This document shows, in pieces, positions 22,355 through 36,843 of a stretch of 64,000 bases of DNA (positions are counted from its first letter, which is position 1; each line of letters starts with the position of its first letter). This stretch comes from the human T2T-CHM13v2.0 reference genome, Homo sapiens: NCBI RefSeq assembly GCF_009914755.1, contig NC_060925.1. One strand, 5' to 3'. Under the pieces are notes generated by a model. It searched no databases and was not told the origin of the DNA. It saw only the letters and a list, made by a program, of their open reading frames with translations. The position numbers and the translations under genes are program-made.

Positions 22355-22530
22355 AGCTGGGTGTGGTAGTGCGTTACTGTAGTCCCAGCTACTCAGAAGG
22401 CTGGGGTGGGAGAATCACTTGAGCCCAGGAGATTGAGGCTGTAGTGCACTATGAATGTGACTGTGAATAGCCATTGCATGCCAGCCTGGGCAGCATAGTG
22501 AGATCCTTTTTTACAAAAAAGAAAAAAAGA
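22355..22530 (+). mobile_element. FAM (fossil Alu monomer)
   Basis: Monomer with the FAM segment gtagtgcactatg...tgtgaatagccattgca and an A-rich tail. Confidence 0.8.
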
Positions 22531-24088
22531 AGTAGGAGCATACTTTCTGTTAGGCTCTGTAATGTTAAAGAGAATTGGCCAAATGAAATCATAAGGAGAC
22601 ATTCAATTTTTAAATTCCTGTGATTTAAAATTAAAATATCTAATGTGTAACTATTTTAGGCTTATGTTTTTTTTTGTTGAAATCTTACTTTTTAAAAGAA
22701 TATGTAAAATAAGTCTAGTTTCACTTTATAAATTTAATTTATTAGAATTTTAAGAAGTATTTAGTGTTCAGGAAATTTGTCATAAAACTCAAAAACCTAA
22801 GAAAATAAATTATTAAATATTTAATTTAGTTTATATTGTTTAGATGTTTTTAATTATGCTTGTGAGACCAGAAATTATTGAAAAACCCTTAAAATAATTT
22901 AAGAATGTGTTAGACATATATTTAAAATAAGGCAAGTAACCTGAACTTATTAAAAATGAACTAAATATGTATAATTATAAATTTAATTCACTGAATTTTT
23001 AAAAGATCAAAATAAACCTCTGAATATTTATTTCTATAAGTAAAAACATCCCTGAAGTTATAAAACAAAAACAAAAATTTTTAAAAACCCCTTCAGTATT
23101 AGAAATAAAACATATAGCCATCTTGGATAGAGTGAGGATTTGACCATCACTTTTCAAGACTCATCGGTTTTATATGTATGTTCTCAGAGTCATCATATTC
23201 CCTCAATAGACCAAGATTATTAATTAAAACTTGACAAGAAATATTACTGGCATACAAAAATGTTCTACGAAGATTTAAATAAACTTCTAATATTATTAAA
23301 GTATTAATAGAATTTGATTTGTATTCGAGTGCTTATTTTATACCAAAGCCCTTAGAATCATTTATATTACTTCATTTTGATAAGCCTTTGATCTTGGCTC
23401 AAAGCAGTTCTCTGAACCAACTATTTTTGTTTCTATGTGCTTGACATGTATAAAACAAAAAAAAAGTATTGGCGTAACTGAAAAAATTAGTTAATTTACT
23501 TGAAAGATTAGTCAATTTAAATTATTGATAGCTTTCAACAACAAATAAAATTTGTTTGACATTTTCAGTGGATTTGGATTATCTGGTGGTCTACTCATAG
23601 GGGTCCAGATGGTACTTTCTGTACCTAGTGGGATTCTAAGTTATTTTCATTTATTTCTATATATTCTTATGCAGTTTTAAATTTTCTTGCAATGAGATTA
23701 GCAGTGGAAAAACATAATTTACTATAACACATTAATTAAAAAGCATATTTTTTCCCAGTGACTTCTCAATTATATAAAGTGAAACCATAAATTGTGCGCT
23801 GTAACATTTTTTAGGGCTTAAATATTTTAATGATTGGGAAGTATACCATCATTAAGGAAAGGAAGTAGCTTTGCTCCAAGCACACTCTGTCCTGTGATAT
23901 ATCTCAGCTTAGAAGACTGCAGACTAATTAGACACACACCATATGCCTCCCTATGGTTTCATTTACTTTATGTTGGTTTCTATTCTTCAGTCAGAACTGG
24001 TAGATGTGTTCTTTTGCAGTTAAACTTTTCCTTTTGAAAAAACTGCTTTTAATTACAAAATTTTAAAAGGGGAAGTATGAAACCTTAC

Positions 24089-24149
24089 CTATCGTCAAGT
24101 TATAAAAATTTGCAGCAGGTATCCACAGCCTCATGGTGGTCAACCTCAT
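24089..24149 (-). CDS. Candidate short first coding exon (M-R-L-T-T-)M-R-L-W-I-P-A-A-N-F-Y-N-L-T-I, phase-1 donor; gene not identified
   Basis: Unique sequence; Kozak-like gaccaccATGa at 24134 with an in-frame ATG at 24149, open to a strong donor ATAG/GTAAGG at 24089/24088. Confidence 0.3.
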
Positions 24150-24980
24150 GCAATGTGACTTTTGCCAAGGACTCTGAGTGAAATCCTGCTGAACTAGACT
24201 GCAATTCTTGTGTCAGCTCTGTCCTGTAGTGCAGATCAATCACCAAGTAGCCTTTGAGCTCTTGTGGACATTTAAGATTCCAAAGCTTGAATCCTATGTA
24301 CATTTACAGAAGAGGCAGGGAGAGCAGCCACTCTCCAGTCCGTACTCAATCCCAGCATGATATGCAATAATGACCTGTCAGGATGGAGACTGTGTACCCT
24401 CACACTGTGAAATATCCTGAGGGATTTTTTTATGAATTTGATAAAAGATTCAGCAGGGCTCTAGGCAAGAAATCATGCACACAATTTCCAAAGTACATCA
24501 CAATCTTTTAAAAAAAATTCAGAGGGTATCATCACCTTGGGTGTTTTCGTGTGTCCTTTAAAAAATTATAAAAATGAAAAGGATGACCTGAGTCTCCTGG
24601 CCATGAAGAATATCATCTCTTTTTTCAAAGTTTATGGTATAAAGCCATTTATCTTTTTACCTTAGCAAGATGTTCTTTGCTTTTTAAACATTCACTGATT
24701 TAGTTTTATTTTTGCCCATTCATATAATAGGATAGCCATTGAATGATTAGTTTTCATTAGTCATGGCGCAGAATTTGTCAGAGTTAATTCAAAGGCTAAA
24801 ACTAACAGCATTTCATTTCTAGGTAACCAGATGGTCCTCAATACACTAGAACAAGAGTACTTATATTTTTTCATATAAAGGTCAATCAAGAAGAACCTCT
24901 CCCAGGAAAATGCACAAATACCTATTAAAATAAAAACTTGCATGTAAATTTAGACAAGTCACAGATTTCTTGAAGCCCAG

Positions 24981-25411
24981 TGTTTCAGGTTGGGTAGGGA
25001 TGAGGAAGCTGACTGTAAGAGAGAGTTTAGAATGTGGAATATTTATTAGGGAGCAACACCTGTGGAAAGCAGAGCATGGAGGCAAGATTGGGCAGAGGGC
25101 AGAACTATGATGCAGAGGGCAGAGCTTTGTTGGCAGAACCAATAAAGCCTCAGGCAATCTCAATCTTCTACGGGAATCATCTTCGGGAGCTAGAATGGCC
25201 CTTCAGTATTGTCCCAAGTTGGACATCCCTCCATTGATCATTCATTGAGTGGGACACTTAGAAAGGGGTGTGATTTAGGTCACCCTGCAGCAGATGTAGT
25301 ATCTGAAGGGGATGATGGCAAAAGCCTGTTTACTTGACAGCTTTCCCGGCAGCTGAGGCAACAAGGTCTTCTACAGATGGCATCTGGATGACACATCACA
25401 GTGCTGACCAC
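24981..25411 (-). mobile_element. LTR33-family (ERVL) solo LTR
   Basis: tgtttcaggttggg...caacacctgtggaa...atggcccttcagtattgtccc...catcacagtgctgaccaca. Confidence 0.75.
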
Positions 25412-27099
25412 ATCCAAGTTCTTAGAAACCCAGCCCTAAAATTGTCAGCTTTCTTTCTTTAATTTTATTCACAGAAGTAACTTTCTGATTTCATTTCCAA
25501 AATGTAGTTTAAAGACCAATTAAGATAAATAATTTGATTAAAATATTTATGCCTCACTTGCACAATAATGTAATATAGGTGTGGTTTACTGAGTGGGTAG
25601 TTAATTTATATTTTGAACTTTCTTGCCTTTTTAGATACTTTAATTTTAACAATTACATATTCATTTATTACATTGTTTCAAGCAGATATTAAAATAACAA
25701 GAAAGTTGTTAAAATGCAGAAAGAGTTAACCCCACCACTACCAAATCTGGTGAATCTAAAAGGTAAATCTCTTTTGCCCTGGTTCCATTAGTGCCGCTAA
25801 ATAACTGACAGGTATGGAACAAAAATAAGAATAAATGGAAATAAAACAGATGGCATCATTGCCCTCCTCATTACAAAAAAAATTAAATGAAATAAAAACA
25901 AGAAAAATAATAGTAATATACTTTTCAGTCAAAAATGTAACTGAGGTAATGAAAGTAATCTCCTAATTGTTAAAGATTTTCACCTTTTATCAGCTTAGGT
26001 TGTCACTGAAATATTTTTATGCCTAAATCTAAATTATGCAAGGGGGAGAGTACTATTTTCAGTATGCCATATTTAATTCTCTAAAATGAACTTGTTCAGT
26101 AAGGGCCTGAAGGGATGAATGATAGCCTGGCAGGTTCTCAATAAATAATGACAATTTATCAGTAAAGAGGTTTATTTTCATGAGATGAATATGTAGATAC
26201 AGCTGTAACTTTAATTTCCAGATTCCCAAGACAAAGAAGCAATGACAGAAATCATAAAATCTGGAGGTCAAGCTAGTATGGGTGGGAGCCATAGGGTATG
26301 GGAGCAGAGCAATGATACATTTTATTTTAGACACGTTGGCTTTTGAAATGATATGGCAAACCGAAGGAGAGATACATGAAGTAGGTAGCTAGAAATAGGT
26401 TGGCGCTCAGGGTGAAAAGGTCAAGCTTGCTTGAGCAGAGGTGTCTGTTTTCATTAAGTTAGGCTCTCCAGAATTAGAAACATGTCTGGCACGTTTCAGA
26501 AAGAAGGAGTTGAGGAGATTGGGTCACCACACTAGTGAGCAGGCAATGTGCTATGTTGGGAAAATTTATATAGTTTGGGGTCCAAAGAATTTTCCAAAGT
26601 TACAGTTCCATCACTGGTTGTTTGACCTTAAATAAATCTTTCAACTTTCCTGTTATTAAAAACAGGAATGTGAAAACCTATTAATGATCCTTTAAAAGTG
26701 ATTTGGATTGAACATGATAATAAATGTGAAACCATTTTGTAAATGTAAAGGTTATAATGAATTATTATAATGAGGAATGTGTATGGATAGTGGTTTGAAA
26801 TATTTAGACTCGAGAAAGAAGGACATTATTCCCTCACTTGATAAATATCTGTTGTGTAAAGCACTAAATTAGTTACTGGAGAGAGGAAGATAAATAATGT
26901 TTTGCTTTTCTCTCATGGCTCACACATGATTTCTTCTCTCTCCTGACTATCAAGAAAAATAGCATGTGAACGTGTGTCAAGTACAGCACATAGGAGAGTA
27001 AGCAAAAGTTGGTATAAGTTAATAAATGAATGTGAGAATGGGTGCACAGAGGAGAGACATGGAATACAATCTCAAGATTCCAAGAAAGCCTTCTGGAAA

Positions 27100-27760
27100 G
27101 AATCTGTGATATAGGAAAAGTAATTAATCTGATGAAGAAGGAGCAATGGAAAGTAAGAAATTTCAAGCCCAGGGGGTGTCAAGAGTAAATGCTGAACATT
27201 AAATTCTTAAGGAGAATTGGCAAGGGGGAGGTCATAGTCAGATGACCTATGTCATGATAAGTTGCTTGAATTTTTGTAATGGTTATAAGAGGAGTACTAG
27301 GGTGATCAAAATTTTGTTTTATGTGGACTCTTCTGGCATTGGTGTGGAAGTTTGATTTGAAGGAAAGGAAATTGGAGTCAGGGAGGTAAGTGTGAAGACC
27401 ACAGCAATAGACCAGCTGATAGATGATGGGGGCTTGAATTAACTCAAACATTAATTTGGATTTAAAATGTCGGTGACTGATTAAAGTGGAGGAGAGGAAG
27501 GAAAGACCCCCTGATGTCTGAATGGATGGTTGTATCAACTGTAGAGATGAAAAATGATGAGGAATAATAAATTAGTTTAAGAGAGAAGATAATTTTTGTT
27601 TGGATATTTTGAGTTAAGCAGTGTCTATGTGTTGTTTAAGCAAATATGTACAACAGGAAGTTGTATATATCAGTCTGAAACTCGGTGGAGATAGAATCTC
27701 TCATGAGAGAGTTTAGGACGAGAATATAGATTTGAGAGGTGTCAGAAGATGACAAAATGA
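27100..27760 (-). mobile_element. L2 LINE fragment (probably continues ~28340-28555)
   Basis: Purine-rich L2 reverse motifs (gatagatgatgggggcttgaattaa; ttttgttttggatatttttgagtt; ggaagttgtatatatcagtctg). Confidence 0.6.
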
Positions 27761-27800
27761 CGTAAACAGGCTTTCTCCACATGATGGGAAAGGAGCCCAG

Positions 27801-28191
27801 TGTGAAAGAAAATGAAGTCATTATGACAATGGCCTTAAAGTGGGGTCCGAAGAAAATTGCACTGACACCTGCTGAAGGTCAAGCCACAGAATGTTCCAGT
27901 AGCTTTGGATAACAGCTGAAATCAGCATCCACTGGCCATCAGTATGTCTTAGCTGGGAATACCCTAATTAAGTAACCAATCTGAAAGGGTTTACAATTTC
28001 AGATTTTTGCCCAGTCAATAAACTGACTCCAAAAACAACTTTTTGTGAAAATCCGCTACAAACAATCTCTCCTGTATCTACCTTACAGGACACTATTCAG
28101 GACTGCTAAAACTCAGTGTACCTTCTTTGTTTTGCAAATCAATGCATTTCCTTTGATTTCTGTGTCAATTCTTTTTTTTTTTCAGTTAACA
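27801..28191 (+). mobile_element. Probable old ERV solo LTR (subfamily uncertain)
   Basis: TG...cagttaaCA termini, internal aaccaatc box and an LTR-like U5 region. Confidence 0.45.
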
Positions 28192-28492
28192 ATCTATAGT
28201 TGATAAAAGATAGATGGTAGATAGACAAGTAGGTAGACAGATATACTTTAACAGATATTTTGTTAATAATATCCATAGTGCCTGGGATAATATCTAGTAC
28301 TGGGTAGTATCCAACGAATAATTTCTGAATAATTATGAGAAAATTTAAAGTTGTGATAATCGATGTGTAGGCTCAGGGAAAGATACTAAGAATGAGCAAT
28401 AGAGAAGTGGGTTGAGGTGGAAATAAGTCAGTGTTTAAGGTGTAAGCCAAGGACTCTAAGAGAATAAAGAAAAGGAATATACAGAAGTATGA

Positions 28493-28886
<394 letters not shown>

Positions 28887-28999
28887 AGGACCATCAGTTT
28901 TATTCCACTATTTACTCACTTCATTCATGTAACATTGATGGAGGGGTCAATTGAGTGGTGTAACAGAGGTAGAACTAGAAGGCATTACTTGGCTCCACT

Positions 29000-29255
29000 G
29001 TAAAATTTGATTTATAGATGCTGAATCTTATGATGACTGTAACTGGGCACCGTTCCCATCATGTGGAGAAAGCCTTTAAGAAAATGAAAGGGACACACAG
29101 AGGGAAGCAGAAAACAATCCACCTGGCTTAAAGGCTTATATCTAGCAGTACCTGAAACAATCTATAGTCTTGGGCTAATAAATTACCCTTTTTTGCATGA
29201 GCTAATTTGAGATGAGTTTCTGTTGCTAATAATGAACATAATCCAAATTAACACA
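29000..29255 (+). mobile_element. Old MLT1 (K/L type) LTR fragment
   Basis: atgtggagaaagcct...gctaataaattaccct...gagtttctgttgct. Confidence 0.5.
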
Positions 29256-29259
29256 GTGC

Positions 29260-30030
29260 CTATTTTGGTGTTTAAGACATCCATCTAGTTGTTCAAATCC
29301 CTCCTTTTCCTTTACTTCTTTCATATTCTTTCAATTCTCCCACCAAAGTATTTTTTAACTCCTATCACTAAATATGTCCACTGTTTTACCTAAGTCAGGT
29401 CAGAATTATTTCTTATCTACCTCTAAGATAACACAATGTGTCTTAACTCTTCCTCGTTTTCACACTTATTCCCTTTTAATACTTTCAACATAGCAGCTTG
29501 TAAACTTTTTAAAACTTAAATTAATATTTTCCTTTTTTTTTGCTTGAAAATTTTAACAGCTCCCCATTGTACTTATCCTGTTCTATTGTCCCCTTACAAC
29601 TTGGCCTCCACCAATTTCTCCATCCTTATCATTTTCATTACTCCCCCTTGTTTCCCCTATATTATAAAATCCTCCCCTGATTTAGATACTTTTATTTTTT
29701 TTCCTCTCTCTCTTCTATCTGGATTTTTTTTTCACATGGTGATTCTTATCTTTGAAGTTTTAGGTTAAATGTCACTTTCTAAAATAAATCTCTAAAACAC
29801 TGTGTAATTTCTCAGCACCTAACTCTCCTTTCCATGGATTTACTGTGTAATTATGTTGTTGGTTAGCTATTACTTTTTCTTGTTTTTTTCTTTTTGTGCA
29901 TTCTTTTCTTTTTTTATTGGCTATTCATACATCTTCTCCATAGAATTATAATGTCCACAAAGAAAGGAACCACGTCTCTTGTGTTCACTTTGTTATACCC
30001 AGTGCCTACTCAATGTGTGTAGAGGGAACA
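29260..30030 (+). mobile_element. L2 LINE 3' region
   Basis: Ends tagaattataatgtccacaaaga...ttgtgttcactttgttatacccagtgcct, an L2 3' terminus. Confidence 0.6.
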
Positions 30031-30624
30031 ATAATAATGCTTGTTTATCTTACTAGATTTGTAATAATTCATTGAATTCTGTAGCTATAGCCTGAGTGAA
30101 CACAGAAAATAAAAGAAAGCCTATTTTTAAATATGACATGTAACTACCAAATAAAACCGTCTCATACTCTAATTTGGCTATTTGAAGCATCAGGTTATAA
30201 ACATTTGATAAAATTTACATCTTTTTGAGTTAATGCGGAGCATTCAAAATTATGTACTTTTGTATTAAGCACTAAACAGTTGTGGAAATAAACTTAACAA
30301 AAAAGCAAGTGAATTTTTTTTATTCTTGCCAATATATGATTTAAAAAATCTCTGTATAACATTTATCCCTCAAGTTCAATTGTATATTGTTGTTATTTCA
30401 AATGTAGATCTATATGTAAGGAAAATGATTGATTTGAAAGCAGCATTAACTGTAGTAGAATTTGAGATTCAAAACAAAACAATTTTAAAAAAGACAAAAC
30501 AGAACAAAAGCCAAAACATGGCTATTTTTTAAGGCATGAAAGTTTGTGACTGAAATGTAATCTATCTTAGTAATTCATCTGAGCCTCTTATTTGGCAACT
30601 TTCTAGGATCTTAATAGAATGTTT

Positions 30625-31171
30625 GTATTAGGTTCTCCAGAACACATGTATCTATCTTATGTATTATAAATTAATATATATTTATTATATGTGTTTATAC
30701 ATAATATTTAAATGATATTTATGTAGTATATAAAAAAATATATAAATTTATTATGAGAAATTGGCTCACACAATTATGGGGACCGGTTAGTCCTCCAGTC
30801 TGTCCTCTGCAAGCTGGAAACACAGGAAACCTGTTGGGATAATTCAGTGTGAGTCTGAAGGCCTGAGAATCAGAGAACTGATGATGTAAATCCCAGTCCT
30901 AGGCCAGAGGAAGATGAAATTAGATTTTCCAGCTCAACAGCGAGACAGGACAAAAAGGGAGAAATTTATCCTTTCTTTGCCTTTTGTCTTATTCAGACCC
31001 TACAATGATTGGATGATGCCAAAGCATATTGAGGAGGGCGGTGAACACTAGAGTCTACACATTCAAACGCTAATCTCACCACAAAAAGCCTTCACAAACA
31101 CATCCAGAAACAATGTTTAATCTGGGGATCCCATATCCCACTCAAGCTGATACATAAAGTTAATCATCACA
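30625..31171 (-). mobile_element. MLT2B-type ERVL solo LTR with AT-rich expansion
   Basis: tgtattaggttctccaga...gaaattggctcacacaattatgg...ctgaaggcctgagaa...acataaagttaatcatcaca. Confidence 0.85.
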
Positions 31172-32479
31172 AGGTGCAACCAGAAACTTCCACACTTTGA
31201 AGACATGTGTTTATGAGATAATATAACTTGACAAATTTAGATCTACAGGTCTTCATCCTCCTTTAACCAAGTTCACCCCCAACCCACTGATTTTAATCTA
31301 TCTTTCTTATTAACCCCACTGATGTTAACTCAGCAAATCTTTACGGACATCTATTATGGGCTGAATATATTATAATAAGTGTTGAGAACAGAAAGCACAT
31401 TAGCAGTGTTATTTGTGTTCAAGGAATTTCTTATCTGTTTTAGGGAGATTACAAGACAAAGAAAAGTGAACCATTTAAGTGCTAACTTGTACAATATAGA
31501 TTAATGAAATAAAGGTGAGTTGCAACAGCCAAGAAGGCTGCACTTTCGAAAAGACAGCTAGGATTGGGTAAATCAGAAAACACGGAAGATTAATGGCATT
31601 CTGTGAGTTAAGAATATTTGGAAGGTTCTGAGGGGAGATTGCCCCTGGAACATATATTCAAAGTGGGGCTGCTGACCATAATAGAACAGAAATGTGCCCA
31701 CCAGCTCTAAAGCAAAATTAAAATAGTGTCCTTGCCTCAGGTGGGAAAACACCCTTGTGAATGAATAAATGATGATACTCATAGATTTTCTGTTTGAGTA
31801 AAGGATGTATAAATTACTCAATAAACAGTCTGTCTATAGAAAAAGCCTGGTTTCTTATCACATATCCTCCTTACAGAGATGCAAGCATTTGCATAGAAAT
31901 GAATCGATTTGAGAAAGGGCAGAGAAGGGGAAGCAACAGAGAGAGTTGGTGGAGCAGGCTAGAGAGTGCAGAGGAAAAGATCCTCATGGATTTGTTTAAT
32001 AAGACTCTATTCCACTTACGGCATCTAATGCCATTGGTAATTTAACTCATGTAGCCACCTCACATCTATGTCATTTTAGATAAGAAAGAGAAAATATGAT
32101 TTTAAAGGGAGAGTAATGACTATTTTGTATCTATAAATCATTCATCACATGAAGTCTTAATAGAAAAGTTATATACATTGCTACTTTAAAATAAGTGGAC
32201 CATAGGCATTTTAAGAAACTACAGATCCTGAAAATATAAATTTCTTTTATGTAAAACCTAAGTGTTTTTTGTTTCATTTCTTATTATTTTTTATTTTCAA
32301 GATTTCCACTAAAAATATTTCAAAGGACTGCTATTTTCTTTTTCTATCCAGCATTTCTAATTGGAAATAAAGTTATGTCGCTTTAGAATTTATATTTTAT
32401 AAGATCAATTACTCTGGGCCTCTCTCCCCTTCTCATTTTTATTCTTAAATAAACACAGGGGTTTGTTATTGTATCCCCA

Positions 32480-32720
32480 AGAAATTGTTATCTAATGGTT
32501 TTAAAGAATGTTTGAAAAAAGACTCACATAATTTTGGAAGTGCTGGAATAAGCAAAATAAAATATATTATTTCTGTAGCATCGGTTCATTCAGTAAAATA
32601 TGCTAATGCATATTTTGAATCTTTAGAAAGTAGTATATTATCAAAATATTTTTGAAACTTCTAGATTTTGAAATGTTTTGAGAAAATTCTTAAAGAGTTA
32701 GTGTTCTGCAGAATATACTA
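32480..32720. mobile_element. MER103-like hAT-Charlie fossil
   Basis: aatatgctaatgcatattttgaatct...tagtgttctgcagaatatact. Confidence 0.45.
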
Positions 32721-33041
32721 CTTAACCTGTTATATTAGGAAAGAGACATAATGACACCAGTTTCTGCCTTACAAGGCTAATTTCTATCACTGACAACTGC
32801 TTGTGAAACACTTGAGTTTTTGAAAATCTTCTTCACAAATTTGATTTTCTAATTTTGTTTCTGAGCTTTAACCAAAAGTAGCTAGCACATTGCTTTACTC
32901 ATCACAGACAAAAACTAGTGAACGGGAAACTATGTAGCGTTTAAACATCTGTTGAATGTCAATCTAGGGCTGATATTTTATGAATTTTCTTCTAGTTTCC
33001 TAACTAAACTTTCAATTTATGTGTGTGTGTGTATGTTTCCC

Positions 33042-33248
33042 TAGAGACAGAGTCTTGCTCTGTCACCGAGGTCAGTGGCGTGATCATGGTTTATTGTATT
33101 AATATCTGGAACTCCTGGTCTCAAGCCCTTTCCTGCCTCAGCCTCCTGAGTACCCAGGACTACTGGCCTATGCCTCCACAACTGGATAATTATTTTATTT
33201 TTATTTTTGTAGAGACTGGGTCTCACTCTGCCCAGGCTCCCAAAGTAT
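33042..33248 (-). mobile_element. AluJ, partial and degraded
   Basis: Right arm plus part of the left arm with J-type positions. Confidence 0.75.
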
Positions 33249-33262
33249 TTGTTAATTGAAGC

Positions 33263-33651
33263 TCTCTATAGACTGAATTGTGTCCCCTCCCCTGCAATAT
33301 TCATATTTTAAAGCCTAACCCCTCAATATGACTGTATTTGGGATAAAAGACCTTTAAGAAGGTAATCAGGTTGAATTAAGTCATAAAGGTGGGGCACTAA
33401 TTCAATAGGACTGGTGTCCTTTTAAGAAGAGGAAGGGACACCAGCAGTGTCTATGCAGGGAGGAAAAGCCATGAAAGGCAGCTGCGAGAAGGCAGCCATC
33501 TGCAAGCCAGGAGGAGAAGCCTCTCATAAACCAACCCTGCTGAACCCGTGACTTGGGACTTCTGGCCTCCAGAACCTTGAGAAAATAAATTTCTGTTGTT
33601 TACCACCTAGTCTGTGGTATTCTGTAATGGCAGCCTGAGGAGACTAATATA
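33263..33651 (+). mobile_element. MLT1A MaLR solo LTR
   Basis: gactgaattgtgtcccc...ggcagccatctgcaagccagg...gagaaaataaatttctgttgtt...gactaata. Confidence 0.85.
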
Positions 33652-34167
33652 AGGCTTTTATTTTAAATTTACTTGAAAAATCCATTTACGCGGTTCTTGA
33701 AGTGCCAAAACGTTTTACTACATTAGTCTACTTTGGTCCTGGGAGAAGGCGCCTGAAAAAACTTACAGAAGATAATATCTGCAGTTCAACATTGTGAAAA
33801 CCAAGACTCAGAGAATTTATACGAACCCAGGTCTTATGTAGCAATCTCAAGGTCTTTTATTACTGTAGACATGTGGCTTTCTCATCCTCTTTCTGTCCTA
33901 TATAAATGTCTCCTCATAATTTACCTATCTTGTTTTGTACTTTTGGGTGTCTCTGTATAACTATCTCCCTCCTAGGTTAATATTAACTTGCTGGGTTAGG
34001 ATTTTACACTCAAAGTAGTTTTGTCCTAGAACTCTGAAGTTCCACTTTCTTAGATCAGAGAGCATTTGATCAGACATTTGGCCTTCTTTTGAAAGAAATA
34101 AAGAAGGGAGCCAGGTGAAGGTGTGGACAAATGGATTCTAAACTCAAGCAACAGGGACTTCCTTAGA

Positions 34168-34345
34168 CAAGTGGTTTCCAAACTTCTCTGACCCTAACAA
34201 TCCCCTGGGAGCTTAAAAAAATTCTGATACCACGGTTGAATGCCCGACCAAATGCATCTAAAACTCTAGGGAGTAGAAATCAAGCATCAATATTTTAATG
34301 TCTCTGCAGGTGTTTCCAATACTCAGCCAAGGTTGAGAATCACCT
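34168..34345. mobile_element. MER5A hAT-Charlie MITE
   Basis: Termini agtggtttccaaact and cagccaaggttgagaatcac. Confidence 0.7.
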
Positions 34346-34766
34346 TGGCTGTGTTAGATATTAATTACTTGGTTTGTTCCAGAAATTAAAAGATGTTCAA
34401 TGTGGATAAAGAGTGAAAGGGAAAGAAGGACCAATAAAAGAGATATTATAGGTCAAAATAAGTTCTTTGATTCCTTGGGATTTTATTTTGGATGTAAAGC
34501 CATCAGGGGTTTTGAGCAGAAGGCATTATGTGATCTTATTTGCACAAGATAATTTTGCCTGCATAGTAAGGAATTGACTACAGGTGGATGAGGAGAATAG
34601 ACACCAGTAAACACATATGGATGCTATTAGGAAAAAAAAAATCCTTAATTGATAACAATAAAGGTAGAAGTCATGTTTAAATGAAATATAATATTAAGCT
34701 GATTTTTTTGTTAGATTGCTTGTGTTTTCTTACAAGATGTTTTTAGAATAATATTTTTGTTGTTGG

Positions 34767-35172
34767 TGTATTCGTTTGCCAGGGCTACCATAATAAAATA
34801 CCACAGAGTTGGTGGCTAAAATAACAGAAATTTATTTTCTCACAGTTCTAGAGGCCAGAAGTCCAAGATCCAGTTGTGGGCGGGTTTGATTTTTCTGAAC
34901 CCTCTCTCCTTGTCTCACAGATGGCTGCCTTCTCACTGTGTCCTCACATTGCCTTTCTTTTGTGAGGGACCATCCCTGACGTCTTTTTTTGCATCCTAAT
35001 CTTCTGTTTTTAGAAGAACACCAGTCGGATTCAATTAGGGTCTACTGTTATGGCTTCATTTTAATTTAATAACTTATTCAAAACCACATTTTCAAATACA
35101 GTCACATTCTAGAGTACTGGGCATTAGGACTTCAACACATGAATTTTTGGGAAAACACAATTAACATTAACA
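34767..35172 (-). mobile_element. MLT1A0-like MaLR solo LTR
   Basis: aacagaaatttattttctcacagttctagagg...agatggctgccttctcactgtgtcctcac...acagtcacattct. Confidence 0.85.
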
Positions 35173-36843
35173 TTTGATGTTCTGAGATTTCACCATTGCT
35201 TCACATGTTTTCTAAACTATAAACTCATTCCATTTTGTTAATGGAAGTGTTATTTTTTACTATATTATTATTATTTTTTACTCTATTCCATGTATTCCTC
35301 TTCTCCTTCTGGAACTCATTTTAGAGAGATATTGGAACCTATGGATCTGTACTTCATTTCTCATCACTTATACTTTCCCTCTCATTTGCATTTATCTCTG
35401 TAGTCTGAGATAATCCCTTGGTAGATTTCTAGCCCAGTAATTTACACTTCAACCATGCCCATTAGGCTATTTAGACTATTGTTTCCAGCAAAGGTGATCA
35501 ACTTTTAAATGCCAAGACTTCTAATAAATTTTTCATAGCTGCAATATCCCCTTAGCTGTTTCTGAATGTATCAGTAATGCTTTATCTAAACTCTTCTGCT
35601 TGCTTCATTAACTTTGCTTCATTCTTCAGAACCTAAAATGCCTTTACCTTTGCAACAGTCTGCTTCAGAATCTGTTTTGCAATGCTTTTTTTTCTCTTGC
35701 TTTTCTTTGGATCTGATCCTACTTACTTTATATCTTTCAGGTATTGCTCATAACATTTGGGCTATAATGGCACTTTAAATTTTTTTCTTGTCTATTATGG
35801 ATTTATTCTCCATTGTGTGTGTATATGTTTGGTATAGAAAATACATGCATGAATATATATGAAATATATATATATATCCTCTCTTATTTATATATTTTAT
35901 AAAATATATGAAATCTTTTTTCTTCTTTCATGTAATCTTGGATGCATAGGCATTTTGCAGCATTTGTACACTTTGTCATCTTGAGTCAATCTATTATTTT
36001 GGAAAACCTTTGCATCCTAATCTTCTGTTCTCAGAATATTTATTTAATATTTTGTACTTATTGTTAATTTATGTTTGTTCCATAATGAGCTCTTTATTTA
36101 TAGAAACTACCTCACTACTTTTCTTATTAAACCCTGCCAATTTTTATTTGAATACTATTTGTATTTGTTTTTTTAACTTTATTTTCAGTACTTACTTTTA
36201 GAGATAATATCAAGGTTTTGTTCTATCAATGGGAATTTTCTATCCACAAATGTTTTGGCATTATTTAGTAATACATTCACTACCCCCTTCCATACTGAAG
36301 GTAATATCTTCCTAGAAAAGTACAATAGGAGCTTTGGGGTATGCCAGGCAAAATGTAAACTAATACTGTTAAAACAAGAATAAATTTATTTTAATCATTT
36401 TTAATACTGATTAACAAGCAATATAATATTAAATACTATTAGACAATAAGTGTGGCAATGATATTTGTAAAATATAGATTCAGTAATTTTATTAATTTTA
36501 CAGAATATACAGTAGAAACTGCAAGAATGGAACAGGTTACATGCATATTTTACAGGAAGAACACATGAAATGTAGTCTACTTTTATGAATAAAGCTTCTT
36601 ATATCCGTTAAATATAAACTTGCCAAGAAAGTGAAAAGAAATAAGAATATTCTTAACCTTAAGTCTCAGTACAAATCTTATGAGAGACTTGAAAATATCT
36701 TCTGTTACTCACCAAGTGATAATTTGGAAAGAGACAGTAAACAATGACAGACTATGACAAGGAACTTGAAAATGAGAGTTTTAGTTCTGGCTATGCTTGT
36801 TACTAATTTGAGGAATTGAACGTTATTTTCTAAACCTGTTTGG

